Source: Octopus bimaculoides
Lineage: Eukaryota
DNA: 62,555 bases
Reading direction: 5' to 3'
NCBI RefSeq assembly: GCF_001194135.2
Contig: NC_068982.1
Location: 27,410,068 to 27,472,622, forward strand
Shown: positions 37,641 to 51,134 of the stretch, in pieces
Numbering within the stretch: the first letter of the stretch is position 1
Layout of the letters: each line of letters starts with the position of its first letter
The notes under the pieces: model-generated
The model's input: only the letters and a program-made list of their open reading frames with translations
What the model was told of the DNA's origin: nothing
Database searches by the model: none
Position numbers and translations under genes: made by a program

Positions 37641-38149
37641 ACTATTAGTTCCACCATTTGTCTTTAAAGACAAGATCCATTCCCATCTGCATTGTCTATT
37701 TTACAAAAAATTTAGTTAGCAGATTCTTTTTTTTTTTAGCTTTTAAACACTCTTAGAGGAACTTTTTTATCTACTAACTGCAAGGACAGTCTCAAAGTTT
37801 TTCTACAAGCAATCTTACACGTGAAGACCATAATATGCTTGCTGTGTCTTGACTTATTTAGATTTGCCCTATGACCAGCCAGTTTTGTAACATGTATCCT
37901 TTTGTTAATAAGAGTACAGACAATCTTTCACAATTTAGAGCAGTTTAAATTCCTTTTTACTTATGACACTCTCAAAGCAGTGAAATTGTATTCACTGCAA
38001 CCAGCACATTTATTTATTTCATGAAATAATACTTTATATATTTGCTGTAAGACAGCATGGATAAAAAGGGGTCTTTTGCCACTTTCAACAATGGAAAATG
38101 TCAGGTTTTCATTCCTATACTCATGAATGTACAGTAATGACCAAAAGAC

Positions 38150-38830
38150 TATGATTGCAAATACAAGTAACCAAAATGGGATTCCTCCAAAGGATCTCTG
38201 GAATAATGTTACTCAACAGGATATGTCAAAGGGACGATAAAGGAGTCTCTCTAGGTTGAGCAGCTACTTCTCTTTATTAGGTAAAGGTAAGATTACCTTC
38301 TGGAGTCATGCTGACTCATAAGGGCTGGTTTCCCAGTTTCCATGGCTTATAAATCCTCCACTCGGATGGGACACTGGTCCATCGCAGGATTACTCATTTT
38401 TGCCAGCTCAGTGAACTGGAGCAACATGAAATGAAGGATTTTGCTCAAGAACACAACGCGTTGCCCAGTCCAGGAATCAAAACCACAATCTTACGATCAT
38501 GAGTCCAACACCCTAACCACTAAGCCACACATCTCCACTACTTCTCCATATTGAGAGATCACAACTCTGGCACTACAGACATGCGATTAGAATGTCACAG
38601 GAAAGAATCACAAGAAGGAATCTTCAACCCACACCATGCCAACAGACAGGAAACCTAGAGGCTGACCAAAAACAAGGATGGCTTGATAATATCCATTGTC
38701 TCAACTGGTCATGCTTGGGAACCCAGCCAATTGTAGCTTCTGATAGGACCCAGTAGAGGAGGTGCCTGAGGACTCTGGCTCACAACCTTCCCAGGAATTG
38801 TGGGTGAAGAAGATGGATGGAGGGATGAGG
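38150..38830 (+). mobile_element. Older Rex3-like RTE fragment interrupted by a SINE
   Basis: IERSQLWHYRHAIRMSQERITRR...WLDNIH; aligns by eye with 25500-25900 (-). Confidence 0.65.
38273..38537 (-). mobile_element. tRNA-derived SINE, family C, with 9-bp TSD
   Basis: Head gtggagatgtgtggcttagtggttagg, B-box-like ggttttgattcct, tail cttacctttacct; CTACTTCTC at 38264-72 and 38538-46. Other copies at about 16790-16925, 22040-22230 and 47230-47580. Confidence 0.8.
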
Positions 38831-39823
38831 GTTTCAATCAACCCAACTACCTACTCACTATATTTATTACAGGGCCTAAATAGTTAAGCATTTCACAAGT
38901 ATTTCTACCTTTAATGTAACACTGAGTCAAATTCTGCATGTAACAAGGCTGTGCCTTCAAATTACATGTACAGTCTCTCTGACAAGCTTCTACACAGTTT
39001 CCATTAATCCAACTTTTGCATGAGGTTATAGTAGAAAGCACTTGCCTAAGATGCCATGCATTGGGATTGAACCTAAACTCTTGTGTCTAGGTTCTTAACC
39101 ACTCGGCTGTGCATCTTTATAGGAAACTGGATGTAGTATAACATCTCCTAAGACGTACATGTTGAACAAATAATAAATTTTCATTCAGAATGTGGATGAA
39201 ATGCTATAGTTAGGAATTAAAGAAAGAGTTAAGTCTTACTTAAATATACACATCATATTTATTAATCAAAGAAATAATTTCATAAACAAGGCATCATTTA
39301 GGTTTTATACACACACACACACACACACAACATACGGAAAACTATAGTATTTAATGCTTTATATAAAGCATGACTACCATATCTGTTTTGTGTATGTTAT
39401 TATTTCTATCACTTGGATTGTATTCCACACACTTGCCTAACCTGAGGTTGATACCCCATGTCGTACAACACTAGATATTGGAGAGAAGTGTGGTTAGGTC
39501 AGACTATACAGTGCCTTTGTTCGATATACATACATACATAAATACATACACACACATACATATGTACATATATACTCAAATAAGATGAGGATTTATTTTT
39601 GAACGCAGAGACGCCATTAGAATAGCAGAAATCTTGGGTAAATTACGCTTACGAAGTGGAAAAATTTGTCAACCACCAGCTTTGTAAGGGTAATTTATGC
39701 AAAATTCCTGCTGTTCTAATTGTATCACTATATTCAAAAGCAAATTAACTTTTTATTTGTATCTATATACACATTTCAGTGCTTATAAAAAGCGAATGTT
39801 AGTATATTTATATTTAAACACAT

Positions 39824-39885
<62 letters not shown>

Positions 39886-41663
39886 CAACATTAATTGTGA
39901 AAGCTTTAGGGTGTGATCCACTGAGAGAAAATAATTATATTTGGGGACATTCATATTAATTTCCTTCTTTTAAATTATTACAAAGACACAAAGCAGCAAC
40001 TAAGCTAATAGATTTGATGTATTCCTCTACTTCTCTCTCTTCAGCCTGTTTACATCTAATTATTGTGTCCCTCATTGACTGAACTGCATAACAAACATAG
40101 CAACATCAGTTTAATATTGTAATCAGAGTAATAAAACAATAATAGTAATAATAATGAATACTGATTAATTTTATTACATAATAATACATAATTTAGTTAA
40201 TTATAATTAATGTTTAATTATAATTGATAATATTTAATTCCTCTTGATCAAGCACAAGGCTGTAAATTTTGCAGAGGAAACAGTTGATTAAGTTGATTTC
40301 AGTAATTGACTGGTATGAATTTTATCAACTCAGGGAGGATGAACTGCAAAGCTGACCTGGGTAAGATTCAAATTTTGTAGATAAAAAGTCTAATAATTAC
40401 GTCTAGTTCTGGCACCTAACCAAAATTTTTGTAAGAGGGGACAAGTTTATTAAACTGATCTCAGAACTTTACTGGTAGTTATTTTGTTTCAAACTCAGAG
40501 TGATGAAAGGCCAAGGTCAACCATGGAAGGATTTCTTCTCAGAATGTAAAGGAACATAAATAAATAGCTTTATGCATTTAGAACTACAATCTACCATTTC
40601 TACCATTCCATCTGACACAATACAGATTGCAATAGTGTTACTATCACATGGCAGTTGTAAGAATTTCTAAAATGTTTTATGCTTGACACAGCAGACCATA
40701 AGTAAGAAGACTGGCAACTAGTTCCCTATAATGTTTAATTCAAATCCATTTCAGAATCATAAAATTATGGCTTCAAAATGAATGAGAAATCAAACAGAAA
40801 TTAAAGAGAGAAGAAAGTTTTGAGTATAATGTCAAAAAGATAAGTATTGTAACTGATCTATTTGTCATCATAACTTTCGTCACATGGCCTCATGGATATA
40901 ACAAAGAAGAAATGAGAAATAGGTCTCCATCTTTTTCTATTTCCCTTTGGCATAGAGAGACCTGTGAAGAGGAACATAAGCCAACATAAACTGTCAACAT
41001 GTCATTCATGTTAGCCTTCTGTTTGGTGCAGAAACTGTTGTAATCTTCCTCTAATGGCAACCATGTCAAACAAGCAAACATTCCCTCACAGAGAGAAACC
41101 AAACAGTCAAATTTCATGGTCAAGCTTGACTATAGAAGCATTTCCAATAATTCCTGTTAAAACTCTGCAGTAAGTACATGACGAAATATTTTAGCTGCTT
41201 AGCTTTCCAGGAATCCTATATTTAACTTCAGCACAAAGTCACAAATTTATTAAGAATCAACCCCAGTACATTTATTACTAGTATTAATTTTATAAGTACA
41301 GAATGGACAAAAGACATAGTTGACCAGGGAATGGGGACAAGGTGTTTAGAAATCAGAATGTTGTGAGTTATAGCTAAATAGTTTCAGGCATTTTACTTTG
41401 CACTACCATATTTTTCATTTGAATTTATCCTTATCTCCACAATAATATATANNNNNNNNNNNNNNNNNNNNNNNNNNNNNNNNNNNNNNNNNNNNNNNNN
41501 NNNNNNNNNNNNNNNNNNNNNNNNNNNNNNNNNNNNNNNNNNNNNNNNNNNNNNNNNNNNNNNNNNNNNNNNNNNNNNATATAACATTTATACTTGAAGA
41601 CATGTGGAGGAGAAAGGCTGCAGTATCATTACAACACATACATATGAAGAGAGAGAAAGGGAG

Positions 41664-41700
<37 letters not shown>

Positions 41701-42183
41701 GACAGACAGACAGGCAGACAGAGAAACATAAAAAGTATGTGTAATGCACATATTTATACATGCAAGCAAACATACTTGTTGAAAACCCTACCGAACAAAT
41801 TCATATACATATATGTATATATTTATCGTTGCACACACATATGTCATAGTCTTCAGATGACATTGCTGCAGTCACAGACAATGCTGATGTATATATAACC
41901 GATTGCTGTCAAGGCATTATAAGCATGACCAATGTGTTTATGTTACGTACATATCCCTCATATCTTTACAACTTATAACAGCATACACACACACACACAC
42001 ACATCTTCATGGTGAAATTCTACCTTGAATATAATTCTTTAGTTTCTTTGTCTTAAAAGAATAAATTTTGATTTAGTAATATTGAGAGTGATTTTAAGAA
42101 AATAATTTTCTAGAAAATTTTCTCTTCTCTTTTTAACAGAAAATATAGTAACTAAAAAAAAATAAATAAATAAATAACTAAAT

Positions 42184-42789
42184 TTATGCACATGGATTTA
42201 CCCAACCACCAAATGCAGCTTGAATTTCCTGAGCAACAGCAATTGTGACATGATCAGCTAGGTCTGATCCAACAACTTGTACACCAAGAGGTAAGCCTTC
42301 TGAACTCAACCCTACAGGACACTGTGTAACTGGAAATCCCAAATAGTTGAAAATAGCCGTATACGAAAAATCAAATGGCGTTGTTAATGGTTGGTTGTGA
42401 TAAGGCGCTACACGTGGATGAGGAGGAAATAAAAATACACAGTTCTCTTCAAGAAGATTAACCATTTTCTTCTTTAAAGTGTCCCCAAAAGACAGAAACA
42501 TTTCATCAGTAGCAGTAGTATCCAATTTGTCTAGTAAGTACTCAGACAAAGCTAGGGCAATTGCAGGTATTGTATGGTCAGATTGATATACCACCCATTT
42601 AAGGAATTCAATAACAGGATTTATGGAATATTGACCATCGGTCATAAAGTAACAGAATGTACTTAGAGGATCATGATCTTCAGATTTAGCAGAAAGTTTA
42701 GCACACCAGATCTCAAAGCTGTATTTCATCTGTGACATACGAACTGGTTCAGCATCAATTCCATACTTCTTTTTGAAGTGATTTGCAAC
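42184..42789 (-). CDS. FAAH2: FAAH2-like amidase, coding exon 7 (terminal, 606 nt incl. TAA)
   Basis: Acceptor tttaaAG|GTT at 42790; VANHFKKKYGIDAEPVRMSQMKYSFEIW...VFLFPPHPRVAPYHNQPL...YTAIFNYLGFPVTQCPVGLSSEGLPLGVQVVG...AFGGWVNPCA*. Confidence 0.92.
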   Translation of the reverse strand, partial: VANHFKKKYGIDAEPVRMSQMKYSFEIWCAKLSAKSEDHDPLSTFCYFMTDGQYSINPVIEFLKWVVYQSDHTIPAIALALSEYLLDKLDTTATDEMFLSFGDTLKKKMVNLLEENCVFLFPPHPRVAPYHNQPLTTPFDFSYTAIFNYLGFPVTQCPVGLSSEGLPLGVQVVGSDLADHVTIAVAQEIQAAFGGWVNPCA

Positions 42790-43952
42790 CTTTAAATAAA
42801 ATATTAACCATAAATAAAGAGTATAAAATATTTTAATTTAATAAGACCTGAAAAGTTCAACTATACAACATTATATGACATGTATTGAAATGTTAATAAA
42901 GAATGTGTAATAAAGTAGGTTTTATAGAATAGTTTACAATAATTATTTACATTCCCATGCAAACTCATATTTGGAGCTTAGCAAAGTCCTCTGGCACATT
43001 GATTTCTGTTAAACCATCCAACCCATGCCAGCAAGGAAAAAGGGACGTTAAAAAATGATGATGATGATGTTGTTCTTGGTTGTGTGATTAAAAAGATTGC
43101 TTTGAAACTATGCGGGCGGTTTCAAGTTCACTTCTAACACCATGACACCATGAGCAAGTGTCTTCCACTATATTTTTGAACTAACCAATGCTGTGTGAGT
43201 GAAATTTGATAGACAGAAACTATACAGACGCCAGTCATAAATACACATTACACACATTGTGTGTAGTGTGTGAGTAGTGCCTGTATAGTGTGTGTGTGGT
43301 GGGGTAGTTACCTCTGTATGTCTTCATATTGACACAGTTTGAGAAACAATACGTTTGTTTACATCTTTTGTAAACAGTAGCTCCTGTAGCTCAGCAATTT
43401 CATTGGCTAAATGTGAAGACCAGTAGAATATAAATACCTTATATAAAAAAAACAAGTAAGGGTTGATCTCAGGAAGGATACTGAGCCAAAGAATACTGCC
43501 TCAATAAATGTCATCCAAAAATGTGAACATAGAAATGATGAGAACAATGATGACAGTAGATATTACATATCTATATGACTAGCAGGAATAAAACATACAT
43601 ACAACATTCCAAAAATTGAATGGAGCATGTGTAATGACTGTATAAGAACCTTATTCTAAAATAACATGTAAAAAAATATGATTAATATAGAGATTAGACC
43701 TTACTAAATTCAAAGAGTTAGCCTTCAGCACGGCCATATTTCAAAGAATGAAAAATGCTAAGGGAATTAAGTTAACAGAGCACCAAGTGTCAAAGTCAAT
43801 AAAAAATTGAACAGTATTTGATTATCAGATTTACTGAAAAAATTAATGATTAGTGAAGCCAATGATTCCCAACCTTTTCTTAACTCTGAACCCTGAGGAA
43901 ATGTTTGAGCAATTCATAGAGCTCTACAAAAATTAATATCACATTTGAAGAT

Positions 43953-44131
43953 CATCATCATCATCATCATCATCATTTAACGTCCGCTTTCCATGCTAGC
44001 ATGGGTTGGACGATTTGACTGGGGACTGGCGAACCAGATGGCTACACTAGACTGCAATTTGATCTGGCAGAGTTTCTACAGCTGGATGCCCTTCCTAATG
44101 CCAACCATTCCGAGAGTGTAGTGGGTGCTTT
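43953..44131 (-). mobile_element. RTE LINE 3' tail fragment (FAAH2 intron 6)
   Basis: (CAT)n-ttaacgtccgctttccatgctagc...gtagtgggtgctt. Confidence 0.85.
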
Positions 44132-44699
44132 ATGTCAATTTTCTAATAAAGTATTTTATCTTTTTTAAAGCAAGCCACATAGTACTGTGGGTGAACAAAC
44201 TGAAATCACGAAAGTAGGTGCATAAAATACAAATTTAAATTGAGCTGTTAACCATGAAATCAATTGCATGTGTTAATACAAAATTCAATGATTTCTTTGT
44301 TCCTGTTTCTCATTCATGCTTTTATCAACATCTGGAACTTATTGCTGATTGTAATCCACAGATCGGTCTGTAGATTCAGATGATTTCGAGATTTTGTCTT
44401 TATTTGACAAAAGGAAACTAAATGCAGTTCTTGGTTATAATCACTTAAAAGTTCAATCAACATATGTAGAATAATAAAGTTCTTGGTATGTCTAATAGAA
44501 TAAAGTTATGTTTAAGAGCTAGAAATAGTTTTATTCTGGAAAGCAATTTTAATAAAGTATAGACTTTCCCTCACTGTTACACCTCCTCAGTGACACCACT
44601 GTTACACCTCCTCATATTTTCAAGACGTGCAGGCACACAAAGTTATTTTTAGAATGGGTGAGATTTTTTTTCCATTTCAGATTATCTTTCACAGGTGAT

Positions 44700-45480
44700 A
44701 ATAAACTCATTTGTATGAATTTGGCAAACTATATGCAGATGACACTACTCTTTACTCCTTAATTTTCTGCATACAGTTGTCATTCACATGCAACCTAAAC
44801 ACTGCTCAAGTCTGTGCTAACTCCATGAAAAGAGACCTCAATAGGGTTATGCCTTTTTCAACACAAGAACATAATCAGTGCACATTTCAATGAAATAATC
44901 AAATAGCTCAACCCCTCTAGTCTTGGATAACACACAACTAAAACCCTTAAAGTTGCCATAAATGCTGGGTCTTTTGATTTTAGATGATCCGTCTAAACAA
45001 TCATACATGCATAATATCGTGAAATCTGCATCTCAAAGCCTTACTCTTCAGGGCTAGAAAATACTTCAGCTCTGATCAACTGTTGACCCCTTACAAAGCT
45101 AAAGGCTCCTATATTTGTGATGCTATTGCTGCTATTCACTCAAACATCCTAGACCACATCTAAAAGAAGCCATATTAGTGATTACTAAAGACTCATTACA
45201 ATTTCTGGATCATAGACATGCTGTTTCTTCTCTGCCTATTCTACTATAGCTTCAACAGTTTATTTTCCTATGAAATAGCTGGTTGCACACTACATCTTTC
45301 CAGGCCCATTGATCTCTCCTCCTCATATCAACCTTGTAAGTGTCATTCCCTTTATTTGCACTAACCACATTGCTTAATTCTGGCTCCTCAAAACATCAAG
45401 CCTCTGGATACCTCTTCTCATCCCACTTTTTCTGTAGATGTTGACCTACATAATGCTCCTGTTCGTCTCCCAGATTAACG
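44700..45480 (+). mobile_element. Degenerate L2/CR1-group LINE RT fragment
   Basis: LYADDTTLYS (RT catalytic motif) at about 44730, then FRARKYFSSDQLLT.YKA and HRHAVSSL-like blocks; a weaker RARKYF copy at about 57060-57250. Confidence 0.65.
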
Positions 45481-45757
45481 CATGAAAATAGAAATAACTA
45501 TCATAAAGGCAGGGTATATACAAGTAGAACACATACAGCCTCAATCACGTTTACCTCAATGAACTTTGGCTGTGAGATAATCTACAGAACATTTTCAAGT
45601 GAACACTGTTGATATACCATAATCCACATCACTGTCTGTGATGCATTGTTTAATGATGTAAGAGGCAATGAAAGTATAAATAGTTAACTGAATTGAATTC
45701 AGTTAACTATTTATAAGTAATGTATAAAGGAAAAAATTAAATGTAATCCTGTCTTAC

Positions 45758-45856
45758 TTTGTGAATTGCCTTTTTCATTTCAGGTTGGACAGAGCTTGAA
45801 AATAGACCTCCTTCATCATGATCCATATAATAGATTTTCAATTTTTTCAAGTCAAC
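45758..45856 (-). CDS. FAAH2: FAAH2-like coding exon 6 (99 nt, phase 0-0)
   Basis: ttttttAG|VDLKKLKIYYMDHDEGGLFSSSVQPEMKKAIHK|GTAAGA. Confidence 0.88.
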
Positions 45857-46189
45857 CTAAAAAAAGAAATATATCAAATGCATAAACAAAACAGAATCTG
45901 TAAACTTGAAAGAATATGATTTTTTACTGCAAAGAATTGGCAAAAGCAGTAGTGTTTGACAAGATATCTTGTAGTTGTAACCCTTTTCATTCTGACAACC
46001 TGCTAAGGTTGTCTCTGCTTTACAAACAGCTACAGGTCAATAAAATAGAATCCCAGTCAAGTACTGTGGTCAATATAGTCAAATGACCACCATCACCAAA
46101 AAATTGAGGCTTGTGCCAATACAGTTGAAATTAATGTTAAGATATTAGGGTAGTGGATCAGAAAATTCAGTTTTCAATATCATGAGCGA

Positions 46190-46485
46190 GATCGTTGCCA
46201 GTGCACTTGGACTGGCTCTTGTGCGGGTGGCACATAAAATACACCATTTTGAGCGTGGCCGTTGCCAGTACCGCCTGACTGGCCTTCGTTCTGGTGGCAC
46301 GTAAAAAGCACCCACTACACTCTCTGAGTGGTTGGCATTAGGAAGGGCATCCAGCTGTAGAAACTCTGCCAAATCAGATTGGAGCCTGGTGTAGCCATCT
46401 GGCTTCACCAGTCCTCAGTCAAATCGTCCAACCCATGCTAGCAATGGAAAGCGGACGTTAAACAACGATGATGATGATGATGATG
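46190..46485 (+). mobile_element. RTE LINE 3' UTR/tail fragment (FAAH2 intron 5)
   Basis: Matches 29900-30190; (GAT)n tail. Confidence 0.85.
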
Positions 46486-47828
46486 AAATGGGATCTTTTT
46501 CACTGACCAATATTAAATGCTAAAATATAAAAAAGAAATCATTCGGTGCATTGAACAAGAAATAAGGAGTCTGTTTATTGCACATGATTCTTAACATTGA
46601 AAGTAAATCACCCAAGAGCAGCAAGCTTATGTTTCACACAAGCATGATTAACCTTTTACCATTTAAACCAGCCACATCTGGCCCGAATAGTTTACATGTT
46701 TTATGCTCAAATTGATCAGATCCAGCCTTTCCCATTCTAAAGATAAACAACCACATCATCAAAATGTCAAAGCTAAGAGATTAATTCAAAACAATGTGGA
46801 TAAAGAAGCATTACATGTGACAAAGTAAACTGAACACTAAAGGTTTAGTGAAACAATTGTGGCAATAGTTTTTCTGTGATATTTCTAAATTTTAAACTTT
46901 AAAACAGTCTTTTTTAGCTTTCCATACAAAGCTCTCCAGTAATTTTTTTTAATTCAATCTACTGTAAAGTAAAAAAAAACAAAACAAACAAACAAACTGA
47001 CAGCCTCTGATGTAGAGGTTCCTATAGGAAACTGTGCATTAACCCCATGAGTAAAGCTCCTGGTGAACCAAAATTGTGCCCCAGGTTCAACTTGCAGTCT
47101 TAACTATTTTACTAACTCCACTAATGTTCACGGGAAATGCATGAACATCATAACTTCATTTTTCAAAAATCTGAGGTTAGAAGGGTTGAGAAATTATTGT
47201 AAGATATTTCTATTTATAAAAAGTTCAGCAAGTTACTCTATCACACTAGGGTAAAAATCCCCTTCAATCATAAACGACCATGGGATTGTCCTTAGAAAAT
47301 TACCTCCGAGGCACAAGCAAGGTCGTTTATAGAAGACCAGCAATCGCACATGTGTACCAGCCTCCCCCTCCATGCCACTGATGTTATCCAAGGAAAAGGC
47401 AAAGGTCAATAAAGCTTGGCACCAGTGACATCACAACTCATTTCTACAGCTGAATGAACTGGAGCAATGTAAAATAAAGTGTCTTGCTCAAGAACACAGC
47501 ACACAGCCCAGTTCAGGAATCGAACTCACTACCTCATGATTGTGAGCCCAATGCCCTAACCACTGAGCCATGCACCCTCATTCTATCACACTAATGCATG
47601 ATAAAATAAATAATACATTAAAAAAAAAATTATCATTGTTTTGAAAAAAAATATTTTCATTCAAAATAATTTTAGAATGATTTTAAAAATATGCTATCAG
47701 CAAGAAAACTTACTATTTCTAATTAGAGTAATTCTTGTTTTCTAATTGTTATAACAAATTCATATACAAACATAATTAAAAATAATGGATGCATGATTTA
47801 TAAAAAAGGTCAATGAAAAATAAATTAC

Positions 47829-47983
47829 AGGTTCATCAAGTTTGAGTTTCTTGGCATTTTCTCCAGCCATGATGCGTAACATCGGTTTGAGATCCTCTGC
47901 ATATCGACACATGGGTCCTACACACAAAAGTTCTTTCTGCTGGCCACTTGCATTAGGAAATTGGCCGTCATTTGAGACGATTC
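47829..47983 (-). CDS. FAAH2: FAAH2-like coding exon 5 (155 nt, phase 1-0)
   Basis: tttctAG|GA-IVSNDGQFPNASGQQKELLCVGPMCRYAEDLKPMLRIMAGENAKKLKLDEP|GTAATT; GPMCR.AEDL amidase motif. Confidence 0.92.
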
Positions 47984-48548
47984 CTAGAAACAGAATTTTG
48001 TAGCATAAATATAGAATGCATTAGGAAAAAATAAAAAGGGAAAAGAATTAGCCATCCTCATCATTGTTTTAATGTACACTTTTCAATGCTCGCATAGGTC
48101 AGACCAGCTACTGGATCAAAATGGAGTATATTGAACCCATTACTTGATAGTTAACTGTGTATGTCTGCTTAAAAACAAGCCAGGAAAGGCTTTTAACCAG
48201 TTACAACAAAACCCCATATTCACAAACACATTACAAAAGAGTTGTATTCCTGAAAACTTTGCTGTGGTATGGCATTTCATGACAGAAAACCAATTTTCTC
48301 ACTGAATTCTGTTACAAATTATGATGCATTCCTACAGAATATTTTCAGAAAGGAAAAAAACAACAACAATACAGTCACTTTTTTAACAGAAACCAGAGTT
48401 TTCATAATGTGAGGGATCCCAGGTATATATTAAGTTACTTTCTAATGACCTGTCAAGTTATTCTTTTATCCTTCTTTTTTTTTACTTGTATTAGTTTTTG
48501 GACTGCAGCCATATTGGGGTGTCACTTCAAACGGTTTAGTTGAATAAA

Positions 48549-48766
48549 CCTTTTCTACTTTAGGCACAAAGCCTGAAATTTTGGGGGAGGGGGCCAGTTG
48601 ATTAGATCGACCCTACTACACAACTGGTACTTAATTTATCAACCCCGAAAGGATGAAAAGCAAAGTTGACCTCGGCAGAATTTGAACTCAGAATGTAAAA
48701 ACAAACGAAATACTGCTAAGCATTTTGCCCGGCATGCTAACGTTTCGGCCAGCTTGCCACCTTAGA
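48549..48766 (-). mobile_element. Family-B SINE inserted in a family-A SINE remnant, 14-bp TSD
   Basis: TTTAGTTGAATAAA at 48535-48 and 48767-80. Confidence 0.8.
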
Positions 48767-50261
48767 TTTAGTTGAATAAATAAAACCCAATACTTATTTA
48801 CAAGCCTGCTACTTATTCTATCAGTCTCTTTTGCAAAACTGCTAAATTATGGAAATCTAAACAAGCCAACACCTATTGTCAAGTGGAGTTGGGGGACAAA
48901 CAAATATAAAGACACATGCATAGATATATACATACATATACACACACATACACATATATATGTATATATCATCATCATTGTCATCATTTAACGTCTGCCT
49001 TCCATGCTGGCATGGGTGGGACGGTTTGACAAGGGCCAGCCAAGCAGAAGTCTGCACCAGACTTCTGTAACTGTTTTGGCAGGATTTTTACAGCTGGATG
49101 CCCTTCCTAACACCAACCACTCAGCAGAATGGACTATATATGGCAAGTCTAGAGGCTGAACCAGGTTCCATAGTCTGTTTTGGCCTGGTTTCTACAGCTG
49201 GATGTCCTTCCTAATGCCGACCACTTTACAGATTGTACTGGGTACTTTTTATGTGGTACCATCATCAATGCTTTTTATGTCATGACACTAGTACCAGTGT
49301 TTTTTATGTTGCACAGCACCCACACCAATGCTTTTCATGTGGCACCTTATTTAATTTCATAAGATGCACCTTTTTTTTTCCAAAAAATGTCTCAAAAAGT
49401 CACCCTGGGCCTTATATGCTAAGCTACTTAAATGCAATAAAACCTATTTTAATTATATGTGCAGTTGGAATTGGGATACATCTAATATGCGAATGCATCA
49501 AATAAGGTAAATTGATTTTTCCACTTGTGATTATGTACTGAATTATAAGTATAAATAGAGCTAGCAAAGATGTAAAGGACGCAATAAACGATTAAAAAAA
49601 AAATGAGATGTATAATCTACTTGAATAACATGGACCACATGATGTATGATGAGAATCTATTTACCAAAAGAAAATATTGAACCCATGTAAATGTCTCACA
49701 CCTATAATATTTTGTGGGCACCCAAAAATTTTGGAACTTTCCACATATGATATGCAGAAGTTGTCATCTGTAAATATTTCCAAGAAATAAGCTCCAACAA
49801 AGAAATAAATCAAAGAAAGTTGCAAACAAAAATAAAACCTGGGGAAAATTTGTGAAAGGAGGGATCTCTAACAGACTGATAGAGAACCAGGACTTGGGGT
49901 GTATCATGTACCGACAATGAGGTTTATCGCTGGCAAGTATCAAAAAAGACACGAAAGAGTTGTGAAGTGAGGTCTCTGGGTTCAAATATGAAATATTGCA
50001 AGTTCAAAAAGTGTTGGTAGCATGAAAAATCACATTAAAACAATAATGATGATGATAGTTGTGGTGGTGGAGGATAAAGACAATTCAAAACTTGTGGTAA
50101 GCAAGACATGAAAATGCTAACAATAAGACCAAAGACAAAAAAAGATTAAAGATTATGTAAAAAGAAGAATTCTCAATGTTTCAATTAACATTTCAATAGC
50201 TACACACACACACACATGAACACACAGAGGAACAACTGACGACAAAACAGAGTCTATTTAC

Positions 50262-50381
50262 CTGAAGATGGTTTATGACCGAAAATTCCATTAAAAAACG
50301 ATGGTATACGAATACTGCCGCCAATATCCGAGCCAACTCCAATAATTGAAGCTCCAGAGCCAATCAGACAACCCTCACCAC
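50262..50381 (-). CDS. FAAH2: FAAH2-like coding exon 4 (120 nt, phase 1-1; nucleophile Ser)
   Basis: gtttAG|[42 protein letters not shown]|GTAAAT; amidase signature. Confidence 0.95.
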
Positions 50382-50492
50382 CTAAACAACAGGGAATAAA
50401 AAACATAAAAGTCAATTTTGAAATATAACATATAATGTAGCACAGTGACTGTGATGTTTAAGTACAGGATACTAGCCCATGTCCATCTAATC

Positions 50493-51134
50493 CAGTGGTT
50501 TTTCAACCATTTTCTATCAATAGACCCCTTTCTTTGCTATTTTATTCTGATGGACCACCATAGCCATTCAGTTTTCAAAAGCTTATTTCATAGATACTTC
50601 TTTCAAAACTCCTACTTTGTTATTCACTCATTTGCTTATGTAAGTTGAAGTATGTAAAACGTTAGAGAAAGAAACTTAGCTGTTTCTTGCAATGCATACA
50701 TTTAAGTCAAAACTTTTCATAGATCCTTAAAGTACAACTGTGGATCCCCAATTTACTACTTTTTCTATTTATTGACAGCAATCCACACCTGGTATGAGTT
50801 AGACCAGGGGTTTTCAAACTTTTTGACTTGCGGACCCCTTATATTTCAGGCTTTACCTTAGGGACCCCCTTATAAACGCTTATGAAATTTATACATAAAT
50901 ATTTGCTTAAAATCACATGTATTTTTACATTTATTTACTTAACAGTATTTAACAAATAGGTTTATTGTCAATTAAAAGATTTCGATTAAAAAACATATAT
51001 AAAATCAAATTGCCCATAAAAAGTATTTGCTGTCTACGGACCCCCTGTCATGTCCTTGCGGACCCCCTGTGGTCCGCGGACCACAGTTTGAAAACCCCTG
51101 AGTTAGACAGCTTGACCCCAGTTGAAAACCACTG
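50493..51134. mobile_element. hAT MITE (outer), perfect 8-bp TSD ATCTAATC
   Basis: TIRs CAGTGGTTTTTCAAC / GTTGAAAACCACTG; TSD at 50485-92 and 51135-42. Confidence 0.9.
50805..51100. mobile_element. hAT MITE (inner, nested), perfect 8-bp TSD AGTTAGAC
   Basis: TIRs CAGGGGTTTTCAAAC / GTTTGAAAACCCCTG (15/15); TSD at 50797-804 and 51101-108; repeated gcggaccc subterminal motifs. Confidence 0.92.

Noticed and set aside
40890-41123. 77-aa minus-strand ORF downstream of FAAH2
   Set aside because: No motif or exon-chain support in any frame.
50262-50285. CTGAAGA...GAAA hammerhead-like string on + strand
   Set aside because: Antisense to FAAH2 exon 4; no G-C pair closing stem II and no stem I/III, so coincidental.
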